From: Octopus sinensis
Taxonomy: Eukaryota
Assembly (NCBI RefSeq): GCF_006345805.1
Contig: NC_043008.1
Span: forward strand, 69,812,001 to 69,876,000
DNA: 64,000 nt
Direction of reading: 5' to 3'
The number at the start of each line of letters is the position of its first letter. Position 1 is the stretch's first letter. Positions 1 to 12,879 of this stretch are shown piece by piece. The notes beneath the pieces are model-generated. The model was not told the origin of the DNA. It was given only the letters and a program-made list of their open reading frames with translations, and did no database searches. Made by a program: the position numbers and the translations under genes.

Positions 1-327
1 GTGACAGCAGCCAAATGAAATGGTCCACCTAATAACAAATTCATATATTTGTGAATCTGTGCTCACAATTATATGGATGCAGGTTTGAGTCCTGGGTTGG
101 GCTACATATACAGTCCTCCTTAAGTAAGACACTTCATATTACTCCACTCAGCTGATAATTGAGTACCAACTGTCTGCTGATGTATCCCTTTCTCCTTTCT
201 ACCATCACATCTTTGCTACTCTGCTGGATTATGGATGGGAGAACTGAAAGTGTATGTATGTCTGTTTATGATTACATAAGCACCTAAAGAAATTAGCTGA
301 ACCATGGTACATGTTACTAAGTTATAC

Positions 328-404
328 TTGTTTGCAAATGAAGGCTGTTTTATATATTTCATTAACGTAATTAATCACAATATGTTCATTAAACAAAATT
401 AAAT
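328..404 (-). CDS. Candidate internal coding exon of an unidentified minus-strand gene: (D)LILFNEHIVINYVNEIYKTAFICKQ
   Basis: Minus strand: pyrimidine-rich acceptor ttctttttattacag, 77-nt open frame (phase 1 to 0), donor gtataa. Unique non-repeat sequence; no family recognised. Confidence 0.4.
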
Positions 405-435
405 CTGTAATAAAAAGAAAATTTATAAGTTTCAT

Positions 436-879
436 GGATGGAACATGTGGAAGGGGTAGCCCCAGGAAGATGTGAGACGAAGTGGTGAGAAATGATCTTA
501 GGATGTTGGGACTCAAAGGGGATGACAGGAGACCGAAACTCCTGGCAGTTGTGCTTGAGGAGATATGTTAAGCTAAGTAGAATCATGGTTGTCCTTGCAT
601 ACAAGTATGTCCACTGCAACCCTCTCCAGCTGAGCATTCTTAAGCATGCAGGCTCATGGGTGCTGGTGCCACATAAAAAGCACCCATGCCAGTGCTGTGT
701 AAAAGCACTCAATGTATGCAACAAAGTGGTTGGCATTAGAAAGAGCATCCAGCCATAGAAACCATGCTAAAGCAGTCATGGTGCCTGGACTGTTCTTCAG
801 GTGACTAGCTCCTGTCAAACCATCCAACCCATGCCAGCATGGAAAACGGATGTATGATGATGATGATGATGATGATGAT
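436..879 (+). mobile_element. RTE-clade LINE 3' fragment
   Basis: Degenerate GRGxPRKxWDEVVRNDL ORF2 end, then the shared 3' UTR ...aaaccatccaacccatgccagcatggaaaacgga and a (GAT)n tail. Confidence 0.85.
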
Positions 880-1469
880 TAATTCTGGCAACGAAAGGCA
901 GAAAAGACTATGAAATTAATTAAAAAAATTAAAAATAAATCTGCTGTAGTAGTTAGGTGCACCTCATATGATACTCTATCAGTTCTGCCAATCCATTACT
1001 TCAGATTGGAAAAATATTTTTTACCAACCCTGCGAGGTTGAAAGGCAACGTTAACCCTTGTGGGATGTGAACTCGCAAGAGTCAGAACAAATAATATGAG
1101 GCATTCTAAGCAATGTACTAAACAAACTCAATCACTTCACTATATTTTTATGCATGAATGTGTATCTATTTGTATATATGCCTGCCTGTCTGTATGCATA
1201 TATATATATGCAAGCATGTATGTAATTATGTCTGACGTATATGTTTGTATGCCAACATATGTCTGTAAGTAGGAAGGTTGATGGATATATATGTGTATAT
1301 GTATATATGTATACGTGTCTGTATCCGACGGTCTGTATGTATGTAAGTCTATCTGGTGGTATGTATGTATTAAAAGATGATGATGATGTATCTATGTGTG
1401 TGTTTATAAACAAAAGACAGCATACTCAGTATATGATGTAGTAATTACATTCATTAGGAATTAACTGAT

Positions 1470-1655
1470 GGTTTCTTTATATATATATAATATATATATA
1501 TATGTGTGTGTGTATGTATGTATATATACATACATACATACACATATATACACACACACAAGTATATGTACATATATATATATATATATATACATATATA
1601 TGTATATGTACATATACTTGTGTGTGTGTATATATGTGTATGTATGTATGTATAT

Positions 1656-1699
<44 letters not shown>

Positions 1700-1790
1700 T
1701 ATATGTATATATGTATATGTAGATATATATACATGTATATATACATGAATGTATATATACGTGTTGTGTATATATATATATATATCATGT
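1470..1790. repeat. Compound (TA)n/(CA)n/(TATG)n microsatellite
   Basis: Seen directly; source of several spurious YI/HT-rich ORFs. Confidence 0.95.
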
Positions 1791-2289
1791 GTCCCATTAA
1801 AATATCAGATTTCCAAATATGAAACACATTTAAACACTTACTTTACTTACAGGAAGAAAACTTGTAGCTTTGTGTCTATGCATATAAGTAAGTTTGTATG
1901 CATGTATATATAAACACACACACACACATGTATGCAGAGGGATGCACCAATCTACATGCACATACACAAGCAAGTGTGCAATGTTATATGCATCATAATT
2001 GATCAAACATCCCCCTTCTCTCTCCTCCCTTCTACTCCTCCTTCTTCACTTCTCTCCCTCCCTCCCACTCTCTCTTATTTTCTCTCTCTCTCCAATTCCC
2101 TCATTAAGTCGCCTTAATCTTTTATTAGATCCTCGTTACTAAACACACTTCCCTTGCTGCTTGGCTGGTTAATGAATGTTTAATTGGCTTACATCATCTC
2201 TGCACGCCTACTCCTTCCAGCCTACCAACTGTCTTTCCCTACCCTCTCACCCTTCTGCCTCAGCCCCAGTATCCCCCCTCTTCTAAAAG

Positions 2290-2720
2290 TATCTTCATCA
2301 TCTTCATCGCAAACACCACCCAAACCATCACCATCAACAGCCAAACCACAGCCACCAAGACCAAATCCACCACCACAACCATCATTATTCTCATCTCCAA
2401 CATTTATCACCAATAATATCGTCATCACCAACATTATTGTCATTATGATTATCCTCCACCTCATCATCATCGTCATCATCACCTCAACATTTATCATGAT
2501 TATTATCATCCTTATTGTCACCACCCTCAGCCCACTCAACAGCCACCATCACCACCCTCCTCATTATCATCATCATCATCATTGCATTTATCATCATTAT
2601 TATCGTTAAGAACATTGTCTATGCCATGCATCATCTCTCAACCCTGTCACCACCATCATCAGCATCATTATCATCGTTCTTGTCTTTAGTAATATCATTT
2701 AATTTGTCATCATTATAATC
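2290..2720. repeat. Degenerate (CAT/CAC)n low-complexity tract
   Basis: Decayed trinucleotide repeats giving poly-I/H/P ORFs. Confidence 0.85.
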
Positions 2721-2730
2721 ATTTTTCTTT

Positions 2731-3170
2731 AAGGCAGTGAGCTGGCAGAATCGTTAGTAAACCAGACAAAATGTTTTGCAGCATTTTATCCATCTTTGCA
2801 TTCTGAATTCAAATTCTGTCGAGGTCAACTTTACCTTTCATCCCTTCAGGGTCAATAAAATAAGTACCAGTTGAACATTGGGGTTGATGTAACTAACTTA
2901 GCCCCTTCCACGAAACTATTGGCTTTGTGCCAAAATTTGAAACCATTATTATTATTGTTAAGGCATCATGCCGGCAGAATCATTAGCACACCGGGCACAA
3001 AGCTTAGCGGCATTTTGTCTGTCCTTAGGTTTTGAGTTTAAATTCTGCTGAGGTTGACTTTGCTTTTCATTCTTTCAGGGTTAATAAAATAAGTACCATT
3101 TGAACACTGGGGTCAATGTAATTGACTTATACCCATAAAATTCAGGCCTTGTGCCTATAGCAAAAAGAAT
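2731..3170 (+). mobile_element. Two tandem tRNA-derived SINE copies (family A)
   Basis: Head aaggcagtgagctggcagaatcgttag; core tt(t/g)cctttcatcc..ggggtc(a/g)ataaaataagtaccag (resembles the MetaSINE core as I recall it). Copies at 2731-2945 and 2960-3170. Confidence 0.85.
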
Positions 3171-3871
3171 TATAATCATTTTTCTTGGAGCATTGGATTG
3201 ACAAAATGCCTTGTGGAATTTCTTCTGGTTCTTTACATATGTACTGGGTTCAAATCCTACACAAGTCAATTTTACCTTTCATTCCTTCAGGGACAATAAA
3301 AATTATCATCTTTTTCATTACTCTCATCATGATGATGTGGGAGTGGTAGGGGAGAATGATCATCATTATTGTGATCAATATGTCTCTCAACATTGTCATC
3401 CAACTTATCACAGTGACACCACCATCGCATTTACTATCAACGTTGTCTCAGTCGTCATCATCATCATCATCATATCCTACTCTGTCATCATTCCCCTCCT
3501 CCTCATCATCACTATCATAACCACCACCTTCATCATCCTCGTCACCACAACCATCATCAGTAGCAGTCCAATATGACCAATGTGTTCCAATCCCTGGCAC
3601 ACAATCGATCCATCCATTCCCTCTGCCTTTTGCACTGCTACTTAAAAGGACTCCACTCATTCACATGTGTTTGATTTCATGTCATCTTCAATCAGGATGA
3701 GTTGCCTCACTCACTTCTCCTCCTTCTACCCTTAACTTTGCTCCTTCCCTGTCCCCCATCAACCTATTCCTTCTTCTGAATACCTTCCCACTGAAATCCA
3801 CTCCCTATATTGCTGTATGTTATGGCCAGGAATATTTCAAACTAACTGATTTCAGTGTAGAGGGTCATGAG

Positions 3872-4320
3872 CTTGAAAGATCGACTGTTATGTAAACCTC
3901 CTTGAGGAATGTGAAGATGCAGGCTGGAGCTTGGAGTATTTTTCAATCGAAGTCGGATGTAGAGGATTCATTGGACATAGTATGAGGCAACTGTCGTTAT
4001 CATTAGGCCTAACTCATCGTGAAGCAAATACCACAATGTGCAATATCAAACTATAATGGAAAAAGCTAGCCTCTGGATTCGTTTAAAAATTGGCAATGAG
4101 CGATGGCTAGAAGAATATTGAACTATATCTGATAACCAGTTGATCTAGCAAGTGGGGCTTCACCTCAGTGAGTGGGGCTGGTGCGCAATGATGCTGTCAA
4201 AAGGTAGATCCTGAAATGGCCTGCATTCTCTCCTGATGATTCCATGCACTTGCTGCTTCTGGTATGCGGAGCTTTTGACTGGTAACACTTCCATGTGCAA
4301 GTTGTTTGGCAAAACGTCTA
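3872..4320 (+). mobile_element. 5'-truncated HERO/NeSL-type non-LTR retrotransposon (RLE C-terminus plus 3' UTR) with 18-bp TSD
   Basis: Translates LLEECEDAGWSLEYFSIEVGCRGFIGHSMRQLSLSLGL../..EKASLWIRLKIGNERWLEEY*, matching the HERO C-terminal GW..EVGCRGF..AS.WIW motif. agtgtagagggtcatgag occurs at 3854-3871 and 4321-4338. Confidence 0.85.
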
Positions 4321-5220
4321 AGTGTAGAGGGTCATGAGGAGAGCCTCTTTCTCCAAGCCAAGTGATATGACCACCAGTACGACCATCAGCACTATCATCT
4401 CTACCAACACCATCATGCTACATGACGACCACTATCATACCACCACTACTACCATCACCACTATCACAGTGACACCACCACCATTACTCCACCATCACAC
4501 CACCACCACCTGTACATCATACCACCAACACAGTCACCATCATTACACTGCCAACCCCACCGTTACTACTGTCACACCATCATAATCACTACCACCACTA
4601 CCATTACAACAAGAACAACACCAACAGCAGCCAAAAAGTTTTACAATAATCTTCTTTACTGAGATCCATTGCTAACATCAAAGATTCTTGTTTATTGCAA
4701 GTATTTGGTTCCACCTTGACATTTTTGCTTTGTCACATTTTCACCATTCCCCTTTCTCACCCAGCATACCACCCATTCATCCATCCATCCATCCCAACAG
4801 TCCTGTCTCCATACCCTCCCCCCCTTCTCACTAACTACAGAATTTCATCTCATCTCAGTATTCTCTTCCACCTCAGACAACTTTGTAGACAAAGTATAAA
4901 TATATCAACACTGTTGTACTTTTACACTGATGGGGTTTGACGCTGCTAATGGTGGTGATGGTGGCATTGGTGGTAGTAGCAGCAATGGTGACAGCCGTGG
5001 TGGTGATGCTGATGATGAAAATGACTAGTAGGGATAGAAATGTTTCTGTTAGTATTAGTTGACTGAGTTCTAATTTGAACACAATTTATAGCATGATAAG
5101 GTTTTTCCTGTATCTGGCAATGGTATAGCATCTGTGTCTGTCTGCTTATCTTTCTATCTATCAATCTATCTCATGCCTATATGTATATGTGTACATTAAT
5201 ATATATATATGTGTATATAT

Positions 5221-6092
5221 ATATATATGTTTATATATATCATCATCATTGTTTAACGTCAGTTTTCCATGCTGGCATGGGTTGGACAGTTCAAATGGAA
5301 TCTGGGACATGAGGAGGCTGCACCAGGCTCCAGTCTGATCTGACTGCGTTTCTACAGCTGGATGCCCTTCCTAACGTCAACCACACTGAGAGTGTAGTGG
5401 ATGCTTTTTTTTTTACATGCCACTGGCACAGGGGCCAGCATTGACCATGACTGGATGGTACTTTTTATGTGCCACTGGCACGGGAGCCAGTCTAGGCTGC
5501 AGTGGCACCGGCCACATTCAGATGCTGCTTTTTACGTGCCACCAGCATGGAGACCACGGTTACAATTTCCATTTGATTTTGATGTACTTGACTCAATAGG
5601 TCTCCTCGAGCAAGGTATGTCGCCCTACGATCCAAGGTACTTTTTGAGTGGGCTGGTTATGCAACACTAGTGCAGGTTACAGCTGTGAACTTGCTTTATT
5701 TGCTGGATCTTCTTAGTCACAGCATATCTCCAGAGGTCTCGGTCTTTGGTCATTACCTCTGTGAGGCCCAACTTTCAAAGGTTATGCCTCACCACCTCAT
5801 CCCATGTCTTCCTGGGTCTCCCTCTACCACAGATTCCTTCCACTGTTTGGGAGTGGCACTTCTTCACACATTGGTACATGGCCATACCAATGCAAACGTC
5901 TCTCTCTTGTATACAACATCTGATGCTTCTTATGTCCAACATTTCTCTCAGGGCACTAACACTTTGACTTGTGTGCACACTGACATGACACAACCAGTGG
6001 ATCATGCTAGCTTCATTTCTTTTGAACCTGCGCATGTCTTCAGTAGTCAATGCCCATGTTTCACTGCCATGAAGCATGGCAGTTTGCACACA
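5221..6092 (-). mobile_element. RTE-clade LINE 3' fragment
   Basis: ORF 5775-6104: [15 protein letters not shown]...CGRGRPRKTWDEVVRHNL, followed by the same 3' UTR and tail as 436-879. Confidence 0.92.
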
Positions 6093-6188
6093 TGAATCGT
6101 ACATATATATATGTTTATATAAATATATATGTATGTTTATATATGTGTCATATGTTTATATATATATATATGTATGTATGTATGTATG

Positions 6189-6219
<31 letters not shown>

Positions 6220-6321
6220 ATATATATGTATGTATATATATATATATATATGTATATACATGTTTGTGTATATATATTATATATATATGTGTGTGTGTGT
6301 ATAAATTATAAATATTATTAC

Positions 6322-6621
6322 CTGCATATACTTAATGTATGTGCTTCATGCATTTTCCTGTGGCTGTAATAGCATGCTGGAGTATACACACTCTCTAAGT
6401 GCCAGGTATAAGACCTCAGAGTCAGGGACAGGTGAGATAACTCACCGTGAATCCCATAAACATAGATGTCCATCACACCCAAATAGGACTCTGGGTGACT
6501 TACCTAGCCTGTCCATGACTCTGAGGTCTTTTATCACCTGGAACTCTCAGAGTGTATATACTCCACCACACTATTGCAGCCACCAGAAAATACATGAAGC
6601 ATACATGTTAAGTATATGCAG
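6322..6621. mobile_element. Fold-back (palindromic) MITE-like element
   Basis: Imperfect inverted arms of about 125 bp (ctgcatatacttaa..gcttcatg..aagacctcagagtca / tgactctgaggtctt..catgaagc..ttaagtatatgcag) around a short spacer. Confidence 0.8.
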
Positions 6622-6914
6622 TTAATAACATACATACACACACACATAATTTATATATATATATATTATATATATATATATATACATGCTCACCCACTCA
6701 ATAGTTTTAATTTAAACCTGTTCTCAGAGTTTCACAAACATCTGTGAAACCTTGACTAATATGGGTCTCAGCAAAAAAACTTAAAACAAATATTTAAATC
6801 TCCATGTGTTGACTGCTCTTTTTTTTTTCTTTCATTTGTATTTCTGTGCGTGTGTGTGTGTGAGCATGGCAGTAATGCCAAATGAGAACATGTCTGCTAT
6901 TATCAATATGTTAC

Positions 6915-7234
6915 TCAATAAATTGAATAAGATCTTTAGATGAGCACCAATAAACATCTACATACACATTCATGTATATGAATTTGGAACAACTTTTATC
7001 TGTTGAACACTTTATGTGAAATTTACACACATGTGTTTGCTGTCTGAGCATGATATCCAAACCACTCTCATTTAATTCATTTTGCTGAGATTCATTTCCA
7101 AATGGTGATAACCAGAATATAGCCACAAAAATACACAAAGGCATCAACACCGTTAATATAGTCTTTCTCCCTCTGATGACTGCAGCAAATGGTATACAAG
7201 TTAAGCTTAGGTTTAAGTAATATATATTTATCAT
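6915..7234 (-). CDS. Candidate coding exon with N-terminal signal-anchor (type II membrane protein-like)
   Basis: MINIYY..IRGRKTILTVLMPLCIFVAIFWLSPFGNESQQNELNESGLD..CKFHIKCSTDKSCSKF..: basic patch, hydrophobic helix, then a Cys-containing region with NES sequons. Donor gtaaca at 6914; acceptors possible before 7327 (ctgtattttacag) or 7179 (tttgctgcag). Confidence 0.5.
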
Positions 7235-7547
7235 AACAGTTTTATTTTCCAGATTTATTGGTTTAGCAATGAAACTCTGCTTTCACTAATTTATTTGAAA
7301 GCTCTTTTGAAACAAAATAGTTTGAATCTGTAAAATACAGTTAAATTATTTCAGGATTCTTGATCTGTGAGTTGAGGATTTTCCTATTTATCTTAATGTG
7401 TATTCTGAGGGTTGTTTTCGGTCTTATTCCTGACATTAATTACAATTTAATTTTCATATGGAATTATCTAGCTCTCTTGTTAATGACAATCTGAAAGCAT
7501 TGGGATTTATTTACTGATTTATTTATTTGTATGTATATATGTGTGTT

Positions 7548-7597
<50 letters not shown>

Positions 7598-7835
7598 AAA
7601 ATAAAACGCATATATCATTGTCATCATCATCATCTTCATTTTCCTTGTTGCATGAACCAAATGGATTTTATTGAAGTACATTTCCGAGCAAGGTAATATT
7701 TTCCCATGGCCTGGCATATTTTCACAGAATATTGGAAAAGAATGACATTCAGTTACAAGGATCACGTGATTGACAAGACACAATCACACACACATACATA
7801 TGCATTATATCACACACATACACATAAATGTATAT

Positions 7836-8232
7836 GTGGTAAGAAGTTTGCTTCCCTTCCCCATGGTTTGGGTACAGTCCCACTGTGTGGTACGTTGGTC
7901 AAGTGTCTTCTACTACAGCCCTAGGCCAACTAAATCCTTGTGAATGGACTTGGTAGACGAAACGTATATGTGTGCATGCTTGCATGTGTTACAATCTCTT
8001 TGCCTTGTCTTCATGCGATAGCTGTAAATGGATGTTACTATTATGCAAGTCCTTCGTTTCCAATCTTCCATGAAAACATAGCTGGCCATGGAGAAATATT
8101 ACCTTATTTAGAAACAAGTGAGGATTGGCAACAAGAAGGGCATCTAGTTATAGAAAAATCCACTTTAACAAATTCTGTCCGACCAATATAAGAGCATAGA
8201 AAAGTGAACATAATAATGATGATGATGATCAT
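7836..8232 (+). mobile_element. SINE head (family B) joined to an RTE-type 3' tail
   Basis: gtggtaagaagtttgcttccc..cagtcccactgtgtggtac..aagtgtcttctactacagcc, then RTE-like 3' sequence and (GAT)n. Confidence 0.7.
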
Positions 8233-8629
8233 GATCACACACACATCTGTGTCTTCAAGTTATTGTTACAAATTGTTAGGTCATTTGCATTACATAACTC
8301 CAAGACCTTTGATGCCTCTTCAGTCATTTTACCATAAGCCCAGCCTCCATATATATGAGAATATCCATCATGATGCTGTCTATTAATGCCATTAGCCATT
8401 ATAATGAGGTTGCTGTCATCTGTAATTGAGGGTCTGCAGAAATGCCTCATAGAAATGTTCCATTGGCTTATCTCACAGTTCTGATTGTGGTGTTTATGCA
8501 GCAATCAATGTTGCTGGTGTGTTGCCAATAACTAATGTGACATACATATACACACACACAGATAAATAGACAGATAGATACAGATATACATATATATGTA
8601 ATCATGATGATGATGATGATATACATATG

Positions 8630-8663
<34 letters not shown>

Positions 8664-8699
8664 CATTTGTGTATAAATATATTGTACACATGCATATGC

Positions 8700-8748
<49 letters not shown>

Positions 8749-9532
8749 TGTATATGCGTGTGTACAATATATATATATATACACATATGTATCATATATG
8801 CATATAATAGATATATATATATACATGCGCACATACAAAAGTATTATATATGCATATAATAATGATATACATACACATACACACATATATATACATACAC
8901 ATATATATATATTATAGGTATATTTCTTTGCATGCATAAATATAGATAGATAGATATGCATATGTGCACATATTTATGCATACATTTATGAAAGCATTGT
9001 TATCACTACCAACAACACCACCATTTGTAACAAAACAGTTACATTTGTGATCTAGTGATCTTACTGTTCGGGCATGTAGGCCATCTTGGTTTTAAATACA
9101 ATACCTGTAGTTTATGAGTAATTCAGTGGCCCATTCCAATAACTTGTGACAGTGACAATTCAATCTAGATAAATGGAGCTATATATGGCGCCTAGTTACA
9201 TCTAGGGGGTTTGAGACAATGACAGTCCAATCTATTGAGATGTTACCATTGGTGCTATCTGTTTAAAACTGTTGGGCTAATGCCTAAATTAGAACTAGGA
9301 AAAAAATAAAATTTAAACCAAAAGGGTTAACTCTGAGGGCTTCTTTTTGGACCCTGAATTATCCAATGTATATACATATCCTTTTAAAGACTGTAGTGTG
9401 TAATTTGAGACACATGTGACTGCTATTTTCAGCAGACTGAATGACTATGTGAAACAGGGACCTCTTCTTATATTGATGAAATGCCTAGCATGCTAAAAAT
9501 TCTGCCAGCTTGCTGCTCTTGATGTGCCATAA

Positions 9533-9811
9533 TATTGGTTTCAAATTTTGGCATAAGGCCTGCAATTTCAAGGAAGGGAATAAGTCAATTACAGCAACTC
9601 TAGTATTCAATTGGTACTTTTTTTATTGACCACAAAAGACTGAAAGGCAAAGTTGACTTCAGAGGAATTTGAACTCAGAATGTAAAGAGAGACAAAATTC
9701 CACTAAGCTTTTGCCTGGTGTGCTAATGATTCTTCCAGCTTGCTGTTTTAATAATAATAATAATGATAATAATAATAATGATAATAATAATAATGATAAT
9801 AATAATAATGA

Positions 9812-9883
<72 letters not shown>

Positions 9884-9888
9884 TGATG

Positions 9889-9938
<50 letters not shown>

Positions 9939-10380
9939 CCTTTCTACTATAACCACAAGACCTGAAATTTGGGGGAGGGGCAGACAATTACATTGACCCC
10001 AGTACTCAACTGGTACTAAATTTATCAACCCCAAAAAGATGAAAGGCAAAGCTGATTTTGGCAGAATTTGAAATCAGAATGTAGCGATGGTCGAAATGCA
10101 GTTAAGCATTTTGCCCGGCATGCTAACAATTCTGGCAGCTCCCTATCTCAATAATAATAATAATCCTTTCTACTAAAGGCACAAGGCCTGAAGTTTTGTG
10201 GGAGGGGACTGATTGATTACATCAACCCCAGTGTTTCACTGGTACTCATTTTATCAACTCTGAAAGGATGAAAAGCAAACTTGACCTAAGTGGAATTTGA
10301 ATACAGAACATGAAGACAGATGTGATGCTACTAAGCATTTTGTTTGTTATGCTAATGATTCTATCAGCTTGCCACCTTAC
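9533..10380 (-). mobile_element. Three family A SINE copies with an (AAT/GAT)n array at 9750-9937
   Basis: Reverse-complement core (ctggtac..tttat..acccc.aaaggatgaaaggcaaag) three times; long trinucleotide array between copies 1 and 2. Confidence 0.85.
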
Positions 10381-11485
10381 CCCTGACTTATATTCAAAAT
10401 TGAAACCAATCACAGACAGGCTAGTCAGCACTGGAATGCCATTAATGATAGTTCTGCTTGTTCAGGGTTGTCCTGGGGTTAAACAACAACAGCAACAACT
10501 ACAGTTTATCCGTGTGGTATTTGATTATCTAGAAAGAGCAGCCAAACCTTTGAAACTCAAAGAAATCCTGGGTGGCTTGGTATGTGCTTCTCAGCTGTTG
10601 AAGATGGTAAATCCATCATAGACATTATTAAACTCACTCAATAAAATGCTTCTGGATCATAATTGGAAACACATTTTTTTCCTGTCTCCTTTTATGAAGT
10701 ATTATGGTAGATATTCCAAGACAGCAGTGCATGCACCCTCCCCCACAGCTAATTGTATCAAAATATTGCACTGGCACTGGGCAGATGGCAGGCTGACAAA
10801 AATATGGACTGAAGTGTGATCCCCCATTACATCAGCACACATCATGTGTTTATTAAGTTGAATAATAAATCTGTTGAAAATGCATTAACTACTAAATCTG
10901 GTTTTCTTGTTAATAAATCTGTTTGTTGCAGTATCATGGCATAATCTGCTGGTAATTTGTTTTCAAATCTTATGATAATAATACGCACTTAGGATCAAAG
11001 ATTAAAGTCAATATTTATTTTCAACTAATACTTATGCCAGAGTAATAGTTTTAGCATGATAGCACAGTACACAGCTTGTAGCAATAACCATTATATGCCA
11101 CTGCACGCATATGTTTAATCCGGCGATCTTTCGTTATATGTACGTATAATGGTGGACAGCAAAGTGAAAATACAACAATTGCCAAATGATTACGCAATGA
11201 ATTACAATTGGTGTAACTACAATTTGAATCATTCCCAATTTTGTTTTCTCGTAGTTTTCTGAATTATACATATTTTGGTTTTTAAGGAAATTTCAGAGAT
11301 ACTTTTTCGAAAATGTACATAATAATTATGTTGAAAGAATGTTTTTTTAAAATTAAAAAAAAATTTTTTTAACTGAAAAACAAAAGAATTCATACCTTTT
11401 TAGTAATTCAACAACTTGCTGGTGATTGCTACTAAACGTAAAAAAAACCTTATTACGTTATCCTTATTGATGTTATTAAGATGAA

Positions 11486-11712
11486 ATTAAGGCAATAAGC
11501 TGTTAGAATCGTCAGCGCGTTGGAAATAATGCTTTATGCGGGATTCCTTCCTTTTTGCTACAATCTGTGGTCAAATTCCGCCAAGGTCAGCATTGCCTTT
11601 CATCCTCTAGGTGGTCGATAAACTAAAGCAGACAAAGTACTGAGTTCGATATCATCGATTAACATCTTCCTCCCGAACCGCTGGCCTTGTGCTGAAATTA
11701 GAAATAATTACA
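11486..11712 (+). mobile_element. Family A SINE, CpG-retaining copy
   Basis: aaggcaataagctgttagaatcgtcagcgcg..caaattccgccaaggtcagcattgcctttcatcc..gtcgataaac. Confidence 0.8.
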
Positions 11713-11991
11713 ACATGAAATTGGAAGATATAATAACAGAAATATCCACTTTATGTTTAGCCTATTTACAATACAAATCAAAAATATTCATGTTACTGGC
11801 TTCTTTTGATTTGTATTGAATAAATAATATCAAACATTTTAAAATCATAGATATTTTATGGTGTGTAACGATTATGAGAAAGATAGTGTGTAGTTAAAAA
11901 AAAACATTGAACTTATTTTCTTTTTGAGTAAAAGAAGAAAATAATTTATGACAAGATTTACTCGTCATCTAAACTTTATAATAAATATATC

Positions 11992-12404
11992 GGATCGGAT
12001 CTTTTCGGTTTGAACGGCAGTTTTTTAAAATAATTTCCACGTAACTAAACACTTTTAAACTTCGTATACTGGTAGGATGTGTTTATAACACATCATTTTC
12101 TCTTGGCTTTATTGAGAAAATTCTATAGTTTGTAAGATATTTGGTTTTTTTCTTCAATTTCTGCAATTTCAACCAATCAATGACGTCTATTGAGGTGAAA
12201 AACATTCTGTGCCGTATGAATATGTCACTCGTTTAAGAAACAGATTGGGTTTATTTACATTTCTGAAGAAAAAAAGATACCCTTCCCCCACCCCTAACCC
12301 TAAAACAGATTGAAATGCAATAGATCGATACTAGGGTCATAATTATGGGTGACAAATTCATATGACACCGCTAGAAAAAACTGCCGTTCAAACCGAAAAG
12401 ATCC
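11992..12404. mobile_element. MITE with about 30-bp GG-starting TIRs and exact 8-bp TSD (Merlin-type)
   Basis: TIR ggatcttttcggtttgaacggcagtttttt / aaaaaactgccgttcaaaccgaaaagatcc; TSD aatatatc at 11984-11991 and 12405-12412. Confidence 0.85.
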
Positions 12405-12879
12405 AATATATCTGCAAAATTTAATTTCAAATATATACATTATTGAGAAAGTTATCAGAAAATAAAGGGAAAAGAAAGGACTATTAGTAATCGGGGCATC
12501 AAACTAGTTGTGCCCCACATTGTGTTTCTTCATTTTTTTTTTGTTGTTTTTGCAAAGACAAAACGATGCAGTCTGGAATTTCCTCAAAAGCTAAGATCAT
12601 GCTATGCTTGGAGCCTCAGATAACCTCTTCTCAAGTGCACTGAGTTCTATTTTTTAAAGATTTAAAATAAGGTCTGTAATGTACAGGAGACTGTAGTTTA
12701 CCACGTAGTGATCTGACAGTTGTATAACTTCCAATTTGTTACTCCCTATTATATGTAGATAAAATGAAAGATAGCCCTATTTAATTCCGAAGACCAAAAC
12801 TTACATTTTTTTGGAGAAAATTGAGAGAATTTAATAATTACATATATAACACGTATACCATCAGGCATCTACCGTCTTG

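Noticed and set aside
1060-1830. Many overlapping 60-150 aa ORFs rich in Y/I/H/T/V/C (also at about 6050-6370, 8470-8960, 33400-35600, 41700-42950, 45200-45860, 48800-51500, 59100-62750)
   Set aside because: They are translations of (TA)n, (CA)n and (TATG)n microsatellites.
2731-2800. tRNA genes
   Set aside because: All tRNA-like segments are SINE heads followed by SINE bodies; no complete cloverleaf was found.
6915-7234. Assigning the candidate exons to DIPK2A/C3orf58, EXT, Stealth-family or CatSper auxiliary subunits
   Set aside because: Only 3-5 residue coincidences (QxNEL, VxNYV, DxxLxN); diagnostic motifs are missing and the order is inconsistent, so no symbol is given.
9669-10049. Poly-N, poly-I and poly-Y ORFs
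   Set aside because: (AAT)n array between SINE tails.
10630-11000. Minus-frame CGEGACT resembling the xanthine dehydrogenase Fe-S motif
   Set aside because: Incomplete motif, in-frame stop soon after, no other XDH similarity.
12285-12305. ccctaaccctaa telomere-like repeat
   Set aside because: Two units only, inside a MITE.
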